The notes below the pieces were generated by a model. It searched no databases and had not been told where the DNA came from. It was given only the letters and a program-made list of their open reading frames with translations. This document shows positions 50,793 through 63,900 of a stretch of DNA of 64,000 nt, piece after piece. Within the stretch, counting starts at the first letter, position 1. The number at the start of each line of letters is the position of its first letter. Location: NCBI RefSeq assembly GCF_963921235.1, contig NC_086108.1:20088001-20152000 (forward strand). Direction: 5' to 3'. This stretch comes from Mobula hypostoma. Lineage: Eukaryota. Made by a program: the position numbers and the translations under genes.

Positions 50793-53700
50793 CTTTGTTC
50801 CCATGCGATTTTCCCATGTTCATTATTAATTGTCCGCGTGTGTTTTACTGCCGATTCGACCTTTCTCATGACTGCTGTAAATTGTGCGTGTATACGTGTT
50901 ACTTCTGTTGCCATTTCCCCACGTTTACCTTCTGTAAATAAAATCCTTTCCTACCAAGACTGTGTGTCTAGAGTCCTTGCCTTTGAGACCTACCGACTCT
51001 GTTTCCTCACTTACAACAATTGGCGCTGCGAGCAGGGTAGTTCCTCGGAGATGGCAAAGAGAGCGAGTCCAGCACACATGGCACCCTTTTAGTGCAGGAG
51101 GGCTGGAAGGTCCAGCCCAGGTAAATCACAGGGCGCCAATGGCTCGGTGCCAGCGGAGTTAAGCTGATTACAAAGGCTAATTGCCCGAGGCCAAGTACAA
51201 GGCTAATTAAAGGAGGGGTCAAACCTTGATTGGCAGGTGGTGTGCCTTCCGACCAGGTAGTGGGCAGTGCTGTCACGTGTCAGTCACGACCCTCCAATAC
51301 ACCAGGACATTCCCTCTTCTCACTTACTATCAGGTACGAAGTACAGAAGCCTGAAGCCACACACTCAGCGATTCAGGAACAGCATCCTCTCCTCTGCCAT
51401 CTGATTTCTAAATGGACATTGAACCCGTGAACACTACCTCAGGTTTTTAAATATATATTATTTCTGTTTTTGCACTATTTTAATGTATTAAATATACATA
51501 TACTGTAGTTTATTTATTATCTTCTTCTATATTATGTATTGCATTAAACTGCCGCTGCTAAGTTAACAAATTTCATGATACATGCCAGTGATAACAAACC
51601 TGATTCTGATACAATAAGCCTTTTATTCCCGAAATTATTCTTGTGAACTCTTCTGAACCTTCTCCATTGACAGCACATCTTTTCTTAAATAAGGGTCCCG
51701 AAACTCTCACGGTACTCCAAGCAAGAGCTCACCAGTACCTTATAAAGTCTGAGCATTACAGCCATGTTTTTATGTTCTGGTCCTCGCAATGTTGGCATTC
51801 ATTTTGAATTTGTCTTCGTCACTACCGACTCAACTTGCAAATTAATCTTTAGGGAACCCTGCACAAAGACTCCCAAGTCCCTTTGCACCTAGGACTTTTG
51901 CCCATTCTACTAATCTGTAAGCCACTTCATTTAGAACCTTGGAGTGTTGTAGTCCATATGGTCTAGGTGACTTACCACCTTCAGACCTTTCAGCTTCCCC
52001 AGCACCTTCTCCCCGGTAATTGCAGTTGCACTCACTTCTGCCCCCTGGCATTTTTGAAAGTCTGGCATATGACAAGTATCTTCCACAGTAAAGATGGATG
52101 CAAAATACTTATTTAGTTTGCCATTTCCTTGTCCCCGTAACTACAGTACCTCTCCAGCATTGTTTTCCAGAGTTCCAATATCTACTCTTGACTCTTTATT
52201 GCTGTTTATATATCTGAAAAATCATTTGGTATTCTCTTTGGTATTCCTTCACATTTCTTTCCTTGTGATTTTTTAGTTTCCTTCTATTGGCTTGTAAAAG
52301 CTTCCCAATTTTCTGACTTCCCACTAATGTTTACTCTATTATATATCCTCTTTTGCTTTTATGTTGTTTTTAACTCCCCTTGTCAGTCATGGTTGCATTT
52401 TTAGAATACTTCCTGTTCTGTGGGATGCATCTGTCTTGTGCCTTCAAATTTGCTCCCAAAAACTCCAGCCATTGATGTTCTGCCATCATCCCTGCTAGTG
52501 TCCCCTTCCAATCAACTTTGGCCAGCTCTTCTCATGCCTCTATAATTCCCTTAACTCCACTGTAATTCTGATGCATCTGATTTTAACTTCTCTCACTCAC
52601 ATATATTGTGATCACAAACCTTAAGCTCTGTAATCAATTCTTGTTCGTTATATAACACTCAGTACAGAATAGCCTTTTCCCTGGTGGCCTCAACCACAAG
52701 CTGCTCTAAAAAGCCATCATCTAGGCAGTCTATAAATTCTGTCTCGGGACCCAGCACCTACCTGATATTTCCAATGTTGAAATTCCCATAACTTGTAACA
52801 TTTCCTTTTTGACATATGTATTCTATCTCCCTTTGTAATTTGTAGCCCACACTCTGGCTGCTTTTCAAAGATCTGTAAAAAACCTCTATCAGGATCTTTT
52901 TATTTTTGCATTTTCTTAACTCTACTCACAACGATTCTACATCTTACGATCCTGTCAATTTTACCAACAGAGCAACCCCACCCTCTCTGCTACCTGCCTG
53001 TTTTTTTCGATACAATACCCTTAGATGTTAAGCTCCCAGCTATGATTTTTTTTTCAGCCACGACTCAGAGGTGCCTTCAACGTCATACCTACCAATCTAC
53101 CTTATTTCGTACACTACCTGCATTCAGATATAACACATTCAGTCAGGCATTCGTCACCCTTTTCGATTTTGGCCCCATGTTACACGGCAACTCTTCCCAC
53201 TGACTGCAATTTTCTCTATTATCTGTCTGTCCTTCCTGACAGTCTCACTGCACATTGCATTTAGTTGTATACCAACTGCCCCATTCTCGGCCCTATCACT
53301 CTGATTCCCAACCCTCTGGCCATTTGGTTTAAACCCTCCCCAAAGGCTCTAGCAAACCTGCCAGCAAGGATGCTGGTCCCCCTCGGGATCTGTGTAACTC
53401 TTCCCTTTTGTACAGGTTCCCAATAAGAGATTCCAGATATCTGAACCCTTGCCGCCCTGCACCAGTTCTTCGGCCACTTTTTCATTTACCAACTCATTCT
53501 GTTCTTACCCTCACTGGTGCGTGGCACAGGCAGGAATCCAAAGATTACTACCCTGGAGGTCCTGCTTTTCAGCTTTCTACTTAACTCCCTAAATTCTCTC
53601 TCCAGGACCTCCTCCCTCTCTGTATCTTTGTCATGGGTCCCAATATGTACCTTTGGCTACTCACGACCCTCCTTCAGAATGCCATGGATCCGATCCGAGA

Positions 53701-54058
53701 CGTTCCTAATCGTGGCACCTGGGAGGCAACATGCCATCCGAGTGTCTCTTTCACGTCCACACAACCTCGTGTCTACTTCTTTAACTATTGAATCTTCTTA
53801 CACGACTGCATTCCTCTTCTCTGCCTTCCCTCCTGACCACAGCGCCAGACTCGGTGCTAAAGACCCGGTCGCTGCAACTCCTTCCTAGCAGATCATTCCG
53901 CTCAACAGTACCTGAAGCGGTACAGTATACTTATTTTTGAGGGGAACAGCCACAGGGCTACTCTGCTCTGGTTACCCATTTCCTTTCCCTCTCCGGTCAG
54001 TCACCGAGATACCTTCCTCCTGCGTCTTAGGATGACTACCTTCCTTAATTCCTATCTA
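49640..54058 (-). mobile_element. Decayed CR1 containing a nested Rex1-like fragment (~50095-51610, +)
   Basis: 3' tail at 49640; ORF1 esterase remnants at 53260-54050 similar to 200-850; nested FKFLGVKISEDLTWSQH..KKARQRLYF. Confidence 0.72.
50453..51301 (-). mobile_element. Solo LTR (849 bp) with a long internal inverted repeat and an embedded PBS/tRNA-like 18-mer
   Basis: TGTTG...AATACA termini; perfect 5-bp TSD ccagg (50448-50452, 51302-51306); arms 50453-50720 and 50726-51018; tggcgctgcgagcagggt at 51021-51038. Confidence 0.85.
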
Positions 54059-56205
54059 TCACATTCTCAGTTTACCGCATGAGCTGAAGCTCATTGAGCT
54101 CCTGTTCCTTAACACATGCTTAACGTTGTCACAGCGTCTGAAATGACGGGTGCATTTTCTCCAGGACATTAGGCTTAAATATGCTGACAGTGGGCTGATG
54201 AGCATCATCGAGGCAGATTTCGCCCAGTATGACCCAACCCAGGTCCAATCGCTGTGCGGTGTGCTGACCATTTGGCTGTTCAGGTACAGTAAGTGTGTCT
54301 GCCAAACAACAGGAGAATCTCTGCAGAAGAATCAAGTGGCGGAATCTTGTCAGCTGTATCCTTAGGATGTGAATGACAGTGTGCAGCTTCAGGAGTTGGG
54401 ATTTCATCCCTGTTGTTGGTAATATTGTGGCACTCCGGGGGGCGGGTGGGTTGGGGGTTGACAGCCCGCCGCAGCATTCCTAATGACCAGCGCTATTTGT
54501 TGTTCTTGTGTTAAAATGTTTTCGTGGGATTATGGTGGGACGTTCGTTAATTTATTGTTACATTTAGGCTTATACAGTTATTCGCTTATGTGTTTGTGGG
54601 TCACACTGACTGTAACCGGGGTGTGTAATACTGTAATCACCTTTCCCGTTTGTATGTGATTGAATGGGTCAGAGCGTCAGTTTTTGTGCTTGTCACAGTA
54701 AAACCGGTTGCGGAGTTAAATGAGCTTTCTCGTCTGTCATCCTGGACAATATGTTCACAATCAATGACGGTCGGCGAGGACAAGCAGATCTCCTCTCCTA
54801 TTGAGCCCATGGTTCTTCTTCCGGTAACATCTGATCCACAACATATCCATGTCACAGTGTATAGGAAAACATAACTTTGAATACTGATTTTGCTAATGGC
54901 ACATCTAATAATTCATATGCCTTTACTTTTTGCTTAGGGTGTCCTTTCGTGTAGATTTTGACTGGACATACTTTGGAGCAGGAGTTACCTTCGCCGCATA
55001 CCTCCGTGCGAGGGAAAGAAGCTGTACTGTATCTGAGCGAGCTCCCACCATGCTCTACTGCGGGTGTGCTAGAGCCAGTATTAGCCCACGGTGCTGGCCC
55101 TGACTGAAGTGCTGATATGTTCTGGTCACTTTTGCACTCAATGTAATGTAAGATAGCTTTACAGTCTTTAGCTTGGTGTGCTATTGAAGCACAACATTCG
55201 AAGCGTATTGAATGCTCTTTTAAAGAGTCTCCACTCTCCAAGCGGGTTTTCTCTGAATTCTCTGCATCTCCTTAAGGGGCGAGGTTTCTTATTGTCTATC
55301 GGGAATCTTAATTGCGTTTTCTACTTCAGTCTTGCTGACTGTGATAGGAGTTTTGGTTTTTCATGCTGTTGCTGGAGACCTCTCTTTGAATGAAGTCTTA
55401 CTGGAAGTCGATAGCGCAAAACTAGGGCCATTTCACATTACTGCGTAGCGGCAGACGAAGTCCACAAGGAATTAAAATGGGGGATAATGGGCACAATGCT
55501 TCGCTTTATACGTGAACCCTTCAGTTACCCACAGTTCCTGGATATCGTTTGGTATTTTGTCCACTAGAGGGTTCATTCCTCTTGCTGTATCCAAGAAACT
55601 AAGCCCCAATCCCTCGTTTATTTTTGCGGCTTGCAGTTCCGACAACAGACATGCAAGCTTTTGCGTTTCTTTGGAAAGTTATCAACTCTACTGAAGAAAG
55701 ATTTTTCGATTGTCTTTGGAGAGCCAGAGCATTTGTCCAGCCTCTGCCACAGCATATGCAAACCCGTGGCTGGATTATTAATGTGTACTGCCCGAACCCT
55801 TCTTGCATGTTGCAGCGACTCCTCATCCAGCCCCTTAAAGAGAAGGTCTGATCTTGGCTAGGTTTGAGACTTAGTCCTTACACGACATTGCGAAAGCTCG
55901 ACTTGCAAGATTGATAACTGGTAGACAGTTTGTTAAATACTTTTAGTCCCGCTGTATTGATGAGACAGATACCAAACCAAATCTATGGCTCCTAAATGAG
56001 AGCATCGTGATGACTGGTTTGCCAAATGTGTTTCCTAGGATGGAGGGAAGTTCAGTCTGTGCAGATGGGAGTAGCTTCAGAAGCAACTCTTGACTAGGAC
56101 TTTGCAGTTATGGAACTCCGGTAGGGGGCGCTGTGGGTCTTTGCTGCTGCAGACCTTTGACTGTCAAAAACTAGACTGTGTGAAAGATAAGTTGACTGAG
56201 TAGTG

Positions 56206-57402
56206 CAGGGGTCCCCAACCTTTTTTGCACTGCTGACCGGTTTCATATTGACAATATTCTTGAGGACCGGCCGACCGGGGGGGGGGGGGGGCGGGGGGCG
56301 GGGTAGGGTTGCCAACGGACAAGAGTAGAGCCAAATACGTCGTTTACACCGAAAGACTACAATGACCATGAAGCCTTGCGCGGGCAGTAGTGCGCATGCG
56401 TGTACGCTCCGATTTCCCCCCCCCCGCCAGCGTATCATTTTTGGCGATTCTGTTGGTGGTGGGGGTGGGGTGTTAATCACGACCGGAATGTAGGTGATAA
56501 GTGGCTAATACACTCGATTTCGTTTCTAAAAGGGTTTATCTAACGAATTTAATATTAAACACACAGCGCATATTTTCCTCGCATGAATATAGCGATAAGT
56601 CAATTATCAGGGAAGGACAGGGGAGCTTTAAGTAAGTATTGAACGAACTTCCAGTAGAAGTGGTAGAGGCAGGTTCGATATTATTTAAAGAAAAATTGGA
56701 TAGGTATATGGACAGGAAAGGAATGGATGGTTATGGGCTGTGTGCGGGTCGGTGGGACTAGGTGAGAGCACAAACTAGATGCAGAGATGGCCTGTTTCCG
56801 TGCTGTAATTGTTATATGGTTATATAAGTAAGTCAATAGCATCATAACATTTTAAGTAACGATTGGATATTAAACACACAGCACATATTTTCCCCGTATG
56901 AACATATAAAACCATTGCAACACACCAATATCGCTGAATCAGTGGGAGCCCTGGGCTGAATGCTTATTTCCCTGCAACAAGATGGTCCCATTTTGGGGTG
57001 ATGGGAGACAGCGATACTCGAACGGGATTCCTTATGTCCAGTCTATTTCGCAATTTGGTTTTCGTTGCATTCATTGCAGAGATATGTTGGAAATGGAAGC
57101 AACGTTTTCAATGCTTTCGTGGCTATCTCAGGATATTTAGCCTTGACTTTGATCCAGAATGCCGGCAGAGATGTTATGTCAAACATACTTTTCAGCCCGC
57201 TATCATTTGCAAGCTCGAGGAGTTGATCTTGTTCCCGCGCTGACATGGATGACGTGCGGGTAATGACCTCGCATGCGTAATGGCTCAACAGTGGGCGTGA
57301 CAAGGAGTGAGGAAAGGTGCAGCCGACTCCTATCGTCAAATCATATCATTTCCTCACGGCCCGGTAGCGCATGCTTTGCGGCCCGGTGGTTGGGGACCGC
57401 TG
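56206..57402 (-). mobile_element. Non-autonomous hAT (Charlie/Buster-type) DNA transposon
   Basis: TIR caggggtccccaacc / ggttggggaccgctg; perfect 8-bp TSD gagtagtg; hAT C-terminal remnant FWIKVKAKYPEIATKALKTLLPFPTYLC. Confidence 0.93.
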
Positions 57403-58216
57403 GAGTAGTGGGTTCAGCTTCATGTAAAGCTGAAGTAATGTCTTTTTATAGCCAAAATATGTTGGAGCATATTCTTTAGTAAGATTCATTGGCTGTCGTG
57501 AATGCAACCATAACTGGTTCTGGTTATAGACTCACAAGTCTCTGCCATCTCCAGCTTCATACACCTTTACCTCTGCTGAGGCGGCCTCAGCTTCACACTC
57601 TTCCTTGAGCACACTTAATGTAGCCATGGTATGCACCCTCTCCATTTCTACATGTGCTTTCTCCACTTGCATCTCTGTTTCGCACTTAACAAATGTTGCT
57701 CTCATTCTTGCCAGTTGTACTTTCATTTGAGCATTGCGAAAACATGGTAGATGAGCCACATTCTGACCTGGCTTCCAGATCCTAGTGATCAATGTTACTC
57801 GAGTTGGAAGATGACATTATTATCATGGTTGTCAAAGGTATCTCCAGTCCAGCTTTAAGGACAAGTCATCTTTTCTCTTTACTGCCCTCACTGTGTGTGG
57901 ACACAGCTGTGCAGTGAACTAAGCAACTTCTCAACAATCACCTGAGATGGAACATTTCCTTCAGGGTTTTTAATGAGATTTCTTTTTTTTTTGAAAAGAT
58001 ATTGTTTCAACAGCAAATAAAGAGCAGATGGAGATAAATGTCTTTCCACCATGTGCTTCAAGTAAGGATAAAATGGAAATTATATAAAATAATTTATGTA
58101 TAGGAAGTATGCTCATACAAAATAAACTGTGCCTCTGGAGGCCAGAGCATAAGGAGACCAGGCTCTGAAGCAAACCTAACACGCACAATCTTATTCACAT
58201 TCCCCTGTAGGAGTTA

Positions 58217-58420
58217 GCTGGCTGGTGGCGTAGTGGCATTGGCACCGGATTTCGGAGTGAATGCTCCTGAGTTCGAATCCAGCCGGCTCCCCAGGCACGC
58301 TTTCCATCCATGCTGGGTTGAGGGTCAAGCTAGCAACTCGACCTCTTAAAAAAGAAATTGCCTGCTACAGAAACATCAACAGCAAAAAGTCGATGGCTTA
58401 TGCTCCCTCATGAGTTTAAA
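58217..58420 (+). mobile_element. tRNA-derived SINE
   Basis: Pol III A box tggcgtagtgg (58226-58236) and B box gagttcgaatcc (58269-58280); acceptor-like gctggct/agccggc; non-tRNA body follows; 3' end approximate. Confidence 0.72.
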
Positions 58421-58534
58421 AGCAATTTCCTTTCCTTGCAAGAGTTACACCAAGAGTTACACCAGTCGTCCCTCAATCCCAGCTGATATGCTATTCAAAG
58501 CATCAGATTGTGATCTCCTGTTCCCGGATCGCAT

Positions 58535-60070
58535 TCAACTCCATACACCTACCCTCTCACCATATTCCTTGATGCCCCAACCAATCAGGAATCTATCAAT
58601 ATACCCATGAACTTGGCAGAGCGTTTCACAGATTCTCCACTCTTTAGCTAAAAAAAAATTCCTCAGTATTTCCATTCTAAAAGGTCGCCCCTCAATTTTG
58701 AGGTGGTGCTCTCTAGTTCTGGATACCCCCTCCAGAGGAAACATCCTCTCCACTTTCACCTTATCTAGTCCTTTTAACCATAAGACCATAAGACAAAGGA
58801 GCAGAAGTACACCATTCGGCCCATCGAGTCTGCTCCGCCATTTTATCATGAGCTGATCCATTTTCTCCTATTTAGTCCCACTCCCCTGCCTTCTCACCGT
58901 AACCTTTGATGCCCTGGCTACTCAGATACCTATCAATCTCTGCCTTAAATACACCCAATGACTTGGCCTCCACTGCTGCCCATGGCAACAAATTCCATAG
59001 ATTCACCACCCTCTGACTAAAAAAATTTCTTCGCATTTCTGTTCTGAAGGGGCGCCCTTCAATCCTTAAGTCATGCCCTCTCGTACTAGACTCCCCCATC
59101 ATGGGAAACAACTTTGCCACATCCACTCTGTCCATGCCTTTTAACATTCGAAATGTTTCTATGAGGTCTCCCCTCATTCTTCTAAACTCCAAGGAATACA
59201 GTCCAAGAGCGGACAAACGTTCCTCATATGTTAACCCTCTCATTCCCAGAATCATTCCAGTGAATCTTCTCTGTACCCTCTTCAACGTCAGCACATCCTT
59301 TCATAAATAAGGAGAACAAAACTGCCCACAGTACTCCAAGTGAGGTCTCACCAGGAGCCTTATAGAGCCTCAACATCACATCCCTGCTCCTATACTCTAT
59401 TCCTCTAGAAATGAATGCCAACATTGCATTCGCCTTCTTCACTACTGACTCAACCTGGAGGTTAACTTTAAGGGTATCCTGCACGAGGACTCCCAAGTCC
59501 CGTTGCATCTCAGAACTTTGAATTCTTTCCCCGTTTAAATAATAGTCTGTCCGTTTATTTTTTCTGCCAACGTGCATAACCATACACTTTCCAACATTGT
59601 ACTTCATTTGCCACTTCTCTGCCCATTCTTCCAATCTATCCAAGTCTCTCTGCAGACTCTCCATTTCCTCAGCATTACCGGCCCCTCCACCTATCTTTGT
59701 ATCGTCAGCAAACTTAGCCACAAAGCCATCTATTCTATAATCTAAATCGCTGATGTACAATGTAAAAAGAAGCAGCCCCAACACTGATCCCTGCGGAAGA
59801 CCACTGGTAACTGGCAGCCAACCAGAATAGGATCCCTTTATTCCCACTCTCTGTTTCCTGCCAATCAGCCAACGCTCTATCCACGTATGTAACTTTCCCG
59901 TAATTCCATGGGCTCTTATCTTGTTAAGTAGCCTCATGTGTGGCACCTTGTCAAAGACCTTCTGAAAATCCAAATATACAACATCCACTGCATCTCCCTT
60001 GTCTAGCCTACTTGTAATTTCCTCAAAAAATTGTAATAGGTTTGTCAAGCAGGATTTTCCTTTAAGGAAT
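58535..60070 (-). mobile_element. Two adjacent CR1 3' fragments (58535-58775; 58776-60070), the second interrupted by a Gypsy LTR
   Basis: ORF 59224-60048 carries RT motifs; (cttatggt)n tail; same subfamily as 34321-35324 and 37579-38046. Confidence 0.92.
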
Positions 60071-60945
60071 TGTTACGTACCCCGTAACTGGGTTGCCAAA
60101 CCAGCAGTAATGGATCACTCAGTTGGAGTCTGGATTACTAGAACTAAGAAAGTTTTATTAAAGAAACAAGCAACACAGTACTCTAATCAAAAGGATAATA
60201 AATGCAACAGTTCAGCAATGATAAACACACATGTACACAGAATTAAGATAACAGGATTAATCAAGCTCTTTCATTGTCTAGGGGTAAATGACCAGTTTCA
60301 AAGTGATGCAAAGTTCAGTTCAATTTAGTTCAGTTCAGTTTGCAGTAATCGCTGCCGTGGCGATGGATAGTGGGGGGGGGGGGGAGGAGAGAGAGAGCAA
60401 AATGAATGAATATTCAAGGTTTCCAGACAGACCTTCACAGTCAGCTTTCGGGCGAGTCCTTTGTGATGTCATCTGAGGTCACCGACCGTGACCCCTCCGT
60501 TTCCAGATACGATCGTTTCCCTGCGCTGAACCTGGCACCCAGGCAAGGGTGGACACACACCAGGTTCCCGCCGATCGTGCCTTTCCACCCTGTGCATTTA
60601 CGGCCCGGTACTACCCACCGACTTGTGAGAGACGCACCGCTTCCAGGGTCTTGTTACCTAAGGTGTTGTGTGTGTCGCCCTAGCGAACCTGTCCCTTTTT
60701 ATCCCTCTGCTGGGGTATCACCTGTCCATCACTTCAAACAGTTCAGGGTTCAAAGGGGGAGCCGCTCTTGACAGCTCTCTCCTTCTGTCATTCTCTCTCC
60801 CGTCCCTTCATTACACATCTCCAAGTGCTGCTACATTGTTTGCCTTATCTCTCTCTCTCCTGAAGACAGGTGGCAGACCAACTGCTGATCCCACCGGTGC
60901 CAGCACAGGACAGCTACATCTTAATCTATGTGTATTCTTGTCACA
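60071..60945 (-). mobile_element. 3' LTR of a Gypsy element, preceded by a polypurine tract
   Basis: TGTTAC...GTCACA termini; PPT ttaaaggggggaag on the minus strand at 60946-60959. Confidence 0.88.
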
Positions 60946-63900
60946 CTTCCCCCCTTTAAGGATTTTTACTGGGGGGTAAGAATTACAAACATGAATACAT
61001 TATTTGATGCACACACAAATATACATCTTTATCAGCTATTTGGCTAATACAGCGTGTTTGAAGTTGTCAACACCTGACAGTCAGCCATCACATTTTCTGT
61101 TCCTTTTATATGTGTTATTAATAATCCCTTAGACCAGGCTCCAACTTAGCAAACTTGATAGTGACCAAAAACACTGATGAATTGCGATCAATGTAACCTC
61201 TCATTTGGTTTTGTCCTGGACCACAATAACAAGGGTCGTCCCATTCCGACTTAGTTTTCTCTCGCAAGGGCTCAGTAGGAGGGGGAGGGGTAGTGACCGC
61301 AGAGTTATTGCAAAACTTCCTACAGTACCCCACCATCTCCAAGAGCCTTCTGAGGGCCCTCTTGTCTGTCGGGGTTGGGAGGTCAGCGATAGCCTGCACT
61401 GTAGCTTACATTGCTGCCAGCTGCCCCGTGTCACCACAATTCCCAGGTAAGTGACCTTCGTGTGGCCGAACTCATTTTTTTCAAGGTTCACTATCAAGCT
61501 GGCTTCAGACAGCCGTATTAAATTGCCAATACACACTTCTGTGTTCGTCAGCCCTTTAGTCACTGAATTACTCATTCTATATGACTGTTGCTCGCTAGGC
61601 TGACCAAGTGTAACAGACACCACCCAACATCCCAGTTCTTTGCATCGCCTCGGGACAATCAAACACACGGGTGCGAGTCGTTTAATTACTTCTCCTAAAG
61701 AGTCGCTTTGTTCGGGGATTAAGGGAGAGACCTTATCAGCAGACCTGGCCAAAACAATAGCCTTCTCCTATCTGGTCGATACCATACTCATCTTTTCAAA
61801 ATGTTTTTTTTCTCTTATCAGGGGGACCCTAGCTTCATTGATTTCCGCGCTAACACCGACTAGGTTTGTTAGCATATCAAAAGCCTGTGACCATCTCAGT
61901 TCGTGTCGGCCACAATCAATAACATCCTCCCTCCTGGGCAGCCGGTAAACCTCTTTCATAATTCTGTCGACTGTCTTCCTCACCCCAAAATGTCCACTGA
62001 GGGGTACTTTGTGGGCCAGGTTAAAAATCTCGGCCCTATAAATTTTCGGCACTACCACCTGGTGTACAACTTCCCACTCCTCATCTGCGGGCACAGTACG
62101 TGGTCTCCATTTCCTCATTAGTACTCCCTCCTTTACATAATAGCCGACTGGTTCCATTTTCAATTCTGCGTCAGAGAGAGCTGTCTCTGCCAAACCCATC
62201 AGCTCCTCGTCTCACTTTTGTGCCTGTTATAAAGTCCTTCCTGGCTAATGCTAAGTCTGCCTCAGCCCCCTCACCTCCTCTTGTTCCACCACGCTCCTCC
62301 TTTTCACTTTCTACTCCCTCCTCGTACAAGGCTGGCAGAAACGTCTCAGCTAGCTGTATCTCAGCCTTTGCAGCCTTCCTCGACATCCGTCGAGTTATTG
62401 CGCAAACGGGGTAAACCTGCGAGTCCATGAGCGGGGCCTCAATGCTGACTTGTCAATCTCACGGCTGGGAACACGATTCCCCCCGCGAGGTCATTACCGA
62501 GCAAGACTTCCATGCCTTTCATCGGTAATTCGGACCTCACCCCGCTCGTGACTAGTCCAGAGACCAGGTTGCTTTGTAAGTGTATCTGGTGCAAAGGCAC
62601 GGCTTCCGTCCCTTTTCCAATGCCTTTGATCACGCTGACCTCCCCAGTCTCGGTCTCTGAACTAAAGTCTAAAACGCTCCTCGAGATCAGTGACTGACAC
62701 GCTCCTGTGTCTCTCCAGATCCGTACTGGAACTGGGTTTAACCCCTCCTTCACCGACACCAATCCGGCAGAGATAAACCTCTCGTGCCCTTCCTGAACCT
62801 TATCCGACCTCCCCTCTCCTGGAGGTTGGTTTGCCGGCTCAATACAGCCAGCCGGAACCCTCGTTTTTCCTTTTCCCGTCTCCTTCTTTGGGGCAAAGCA
62901 CCTGGACGCAAAGTGTCCGACTTTCCCACAATTATAACAGACGATCCCAGGAGACTTCCTACCAGACTGCTCCCAGTCTACCTTATCCTTCTCACTAGTC
63001 CCCCGCTTACTTTCTGACTTTTCCGGCGGACTCTCCCCGCCGTCCTGACGTCCCTTCTGGTAGCCTTTACTCGGGGCAAACTTCATTTTATGCGTCAACG
63101 CATACTCATCCGCTAACTTAGCAGTTGCGGCTAACGTGGCTGCCTCTTTCTCATCGAGGTAGGGCCTCATACCCTCAGGGACACAACCTTTAAACTGCTC
63201 AATCAGGATCAACTGTAGCAGTCTGTCATAATCCCCCTCTACCCCCTTTGAGGCGCACCAACGCTCACAATATGTCTGCATCTCACGGGCAAACTCCAAA
63301 TACGTGCGGTCCCACTGCTTCCTCGCATTCCGGAACCTCTGCCGGTATGCCTCCGGGACCAACTCATAAATCCTGAGGATGGCCTCTTTCACCACCTCAT
63401 ACCTCTGGGCATCTTCCGCGGACAAAGCTGAGTAAGCCTCTTGGGCCTTCCCTTTCAGTACACTCTGAAGTAAAACAACCCACTTATCCCTCGGCCAGTC
63501 CTGACTTGTAGCCACTTTTTCGAAATGGAGAAAGTACCGATCCACGTCAGTATCGTCAAATGGGGGAACCAGCCTAACCTCCTGGGTCGCCCGGAACCCT
63601 CCACCTTGGTTCGGCACGAGCCCCTGCTCTGCCCTTATCTTTAACTTCTCCAGCTCGAATTCCCTTTCCCTCTGTTTCTCCTCTCGCTCCAGCTGTCTCT
63701 CTCTCTCCTGCCTTTCTAACTCTCTCTTTTTCTCCTGCCTTTCTAACTCTCTCTCTTTCTCCCGCCTTTCTAACTGCTTCTCTTCGTGTTCTAACTGTCG
63801 TACCCGGAACTCGTGCTCGAGTCGCAGTTTTTCAAGCTGTACCTGTACCGCGTCTCCGGCAGGTTTTTCAATAGACACCACCTCCAGCTCGCCTTGGGGA

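Larger units (their letters stand above)
48520..57900 (-). mobile_element. Fragmented BEL/Pao LTR retrotransposon (pieces ~48520-49600, 54060-56197, 57411-57900), split by later insertions
   Basis: IKFFTDSKVVL (RNase H); DEIPTPEAA..KIPPLDSSAEILLLFGR; QRLDLGWVILGEICL; decayed gag knuckles FECCASIAHQAKDC; coiled-coil gag N-terminus. Confidence 0.75.

Noticed and set aside
50485..51092. Overlapping ORFs on both strands
   Set aside because: By-products of the inverted repeat and the (TG)n microsatellite, with no domain motifs.
54480..54845. Short insert within BEL/Pao with LTR-like ends
   Set aside because: Boundaries, TSD and PBS are too ambiguous to call.
58217..58290. tRNA gene
   Set aside because: A and B boxes are present, but the cloverleaf is imperfect, there is no T-run terminator, and a SINE-like body follows.
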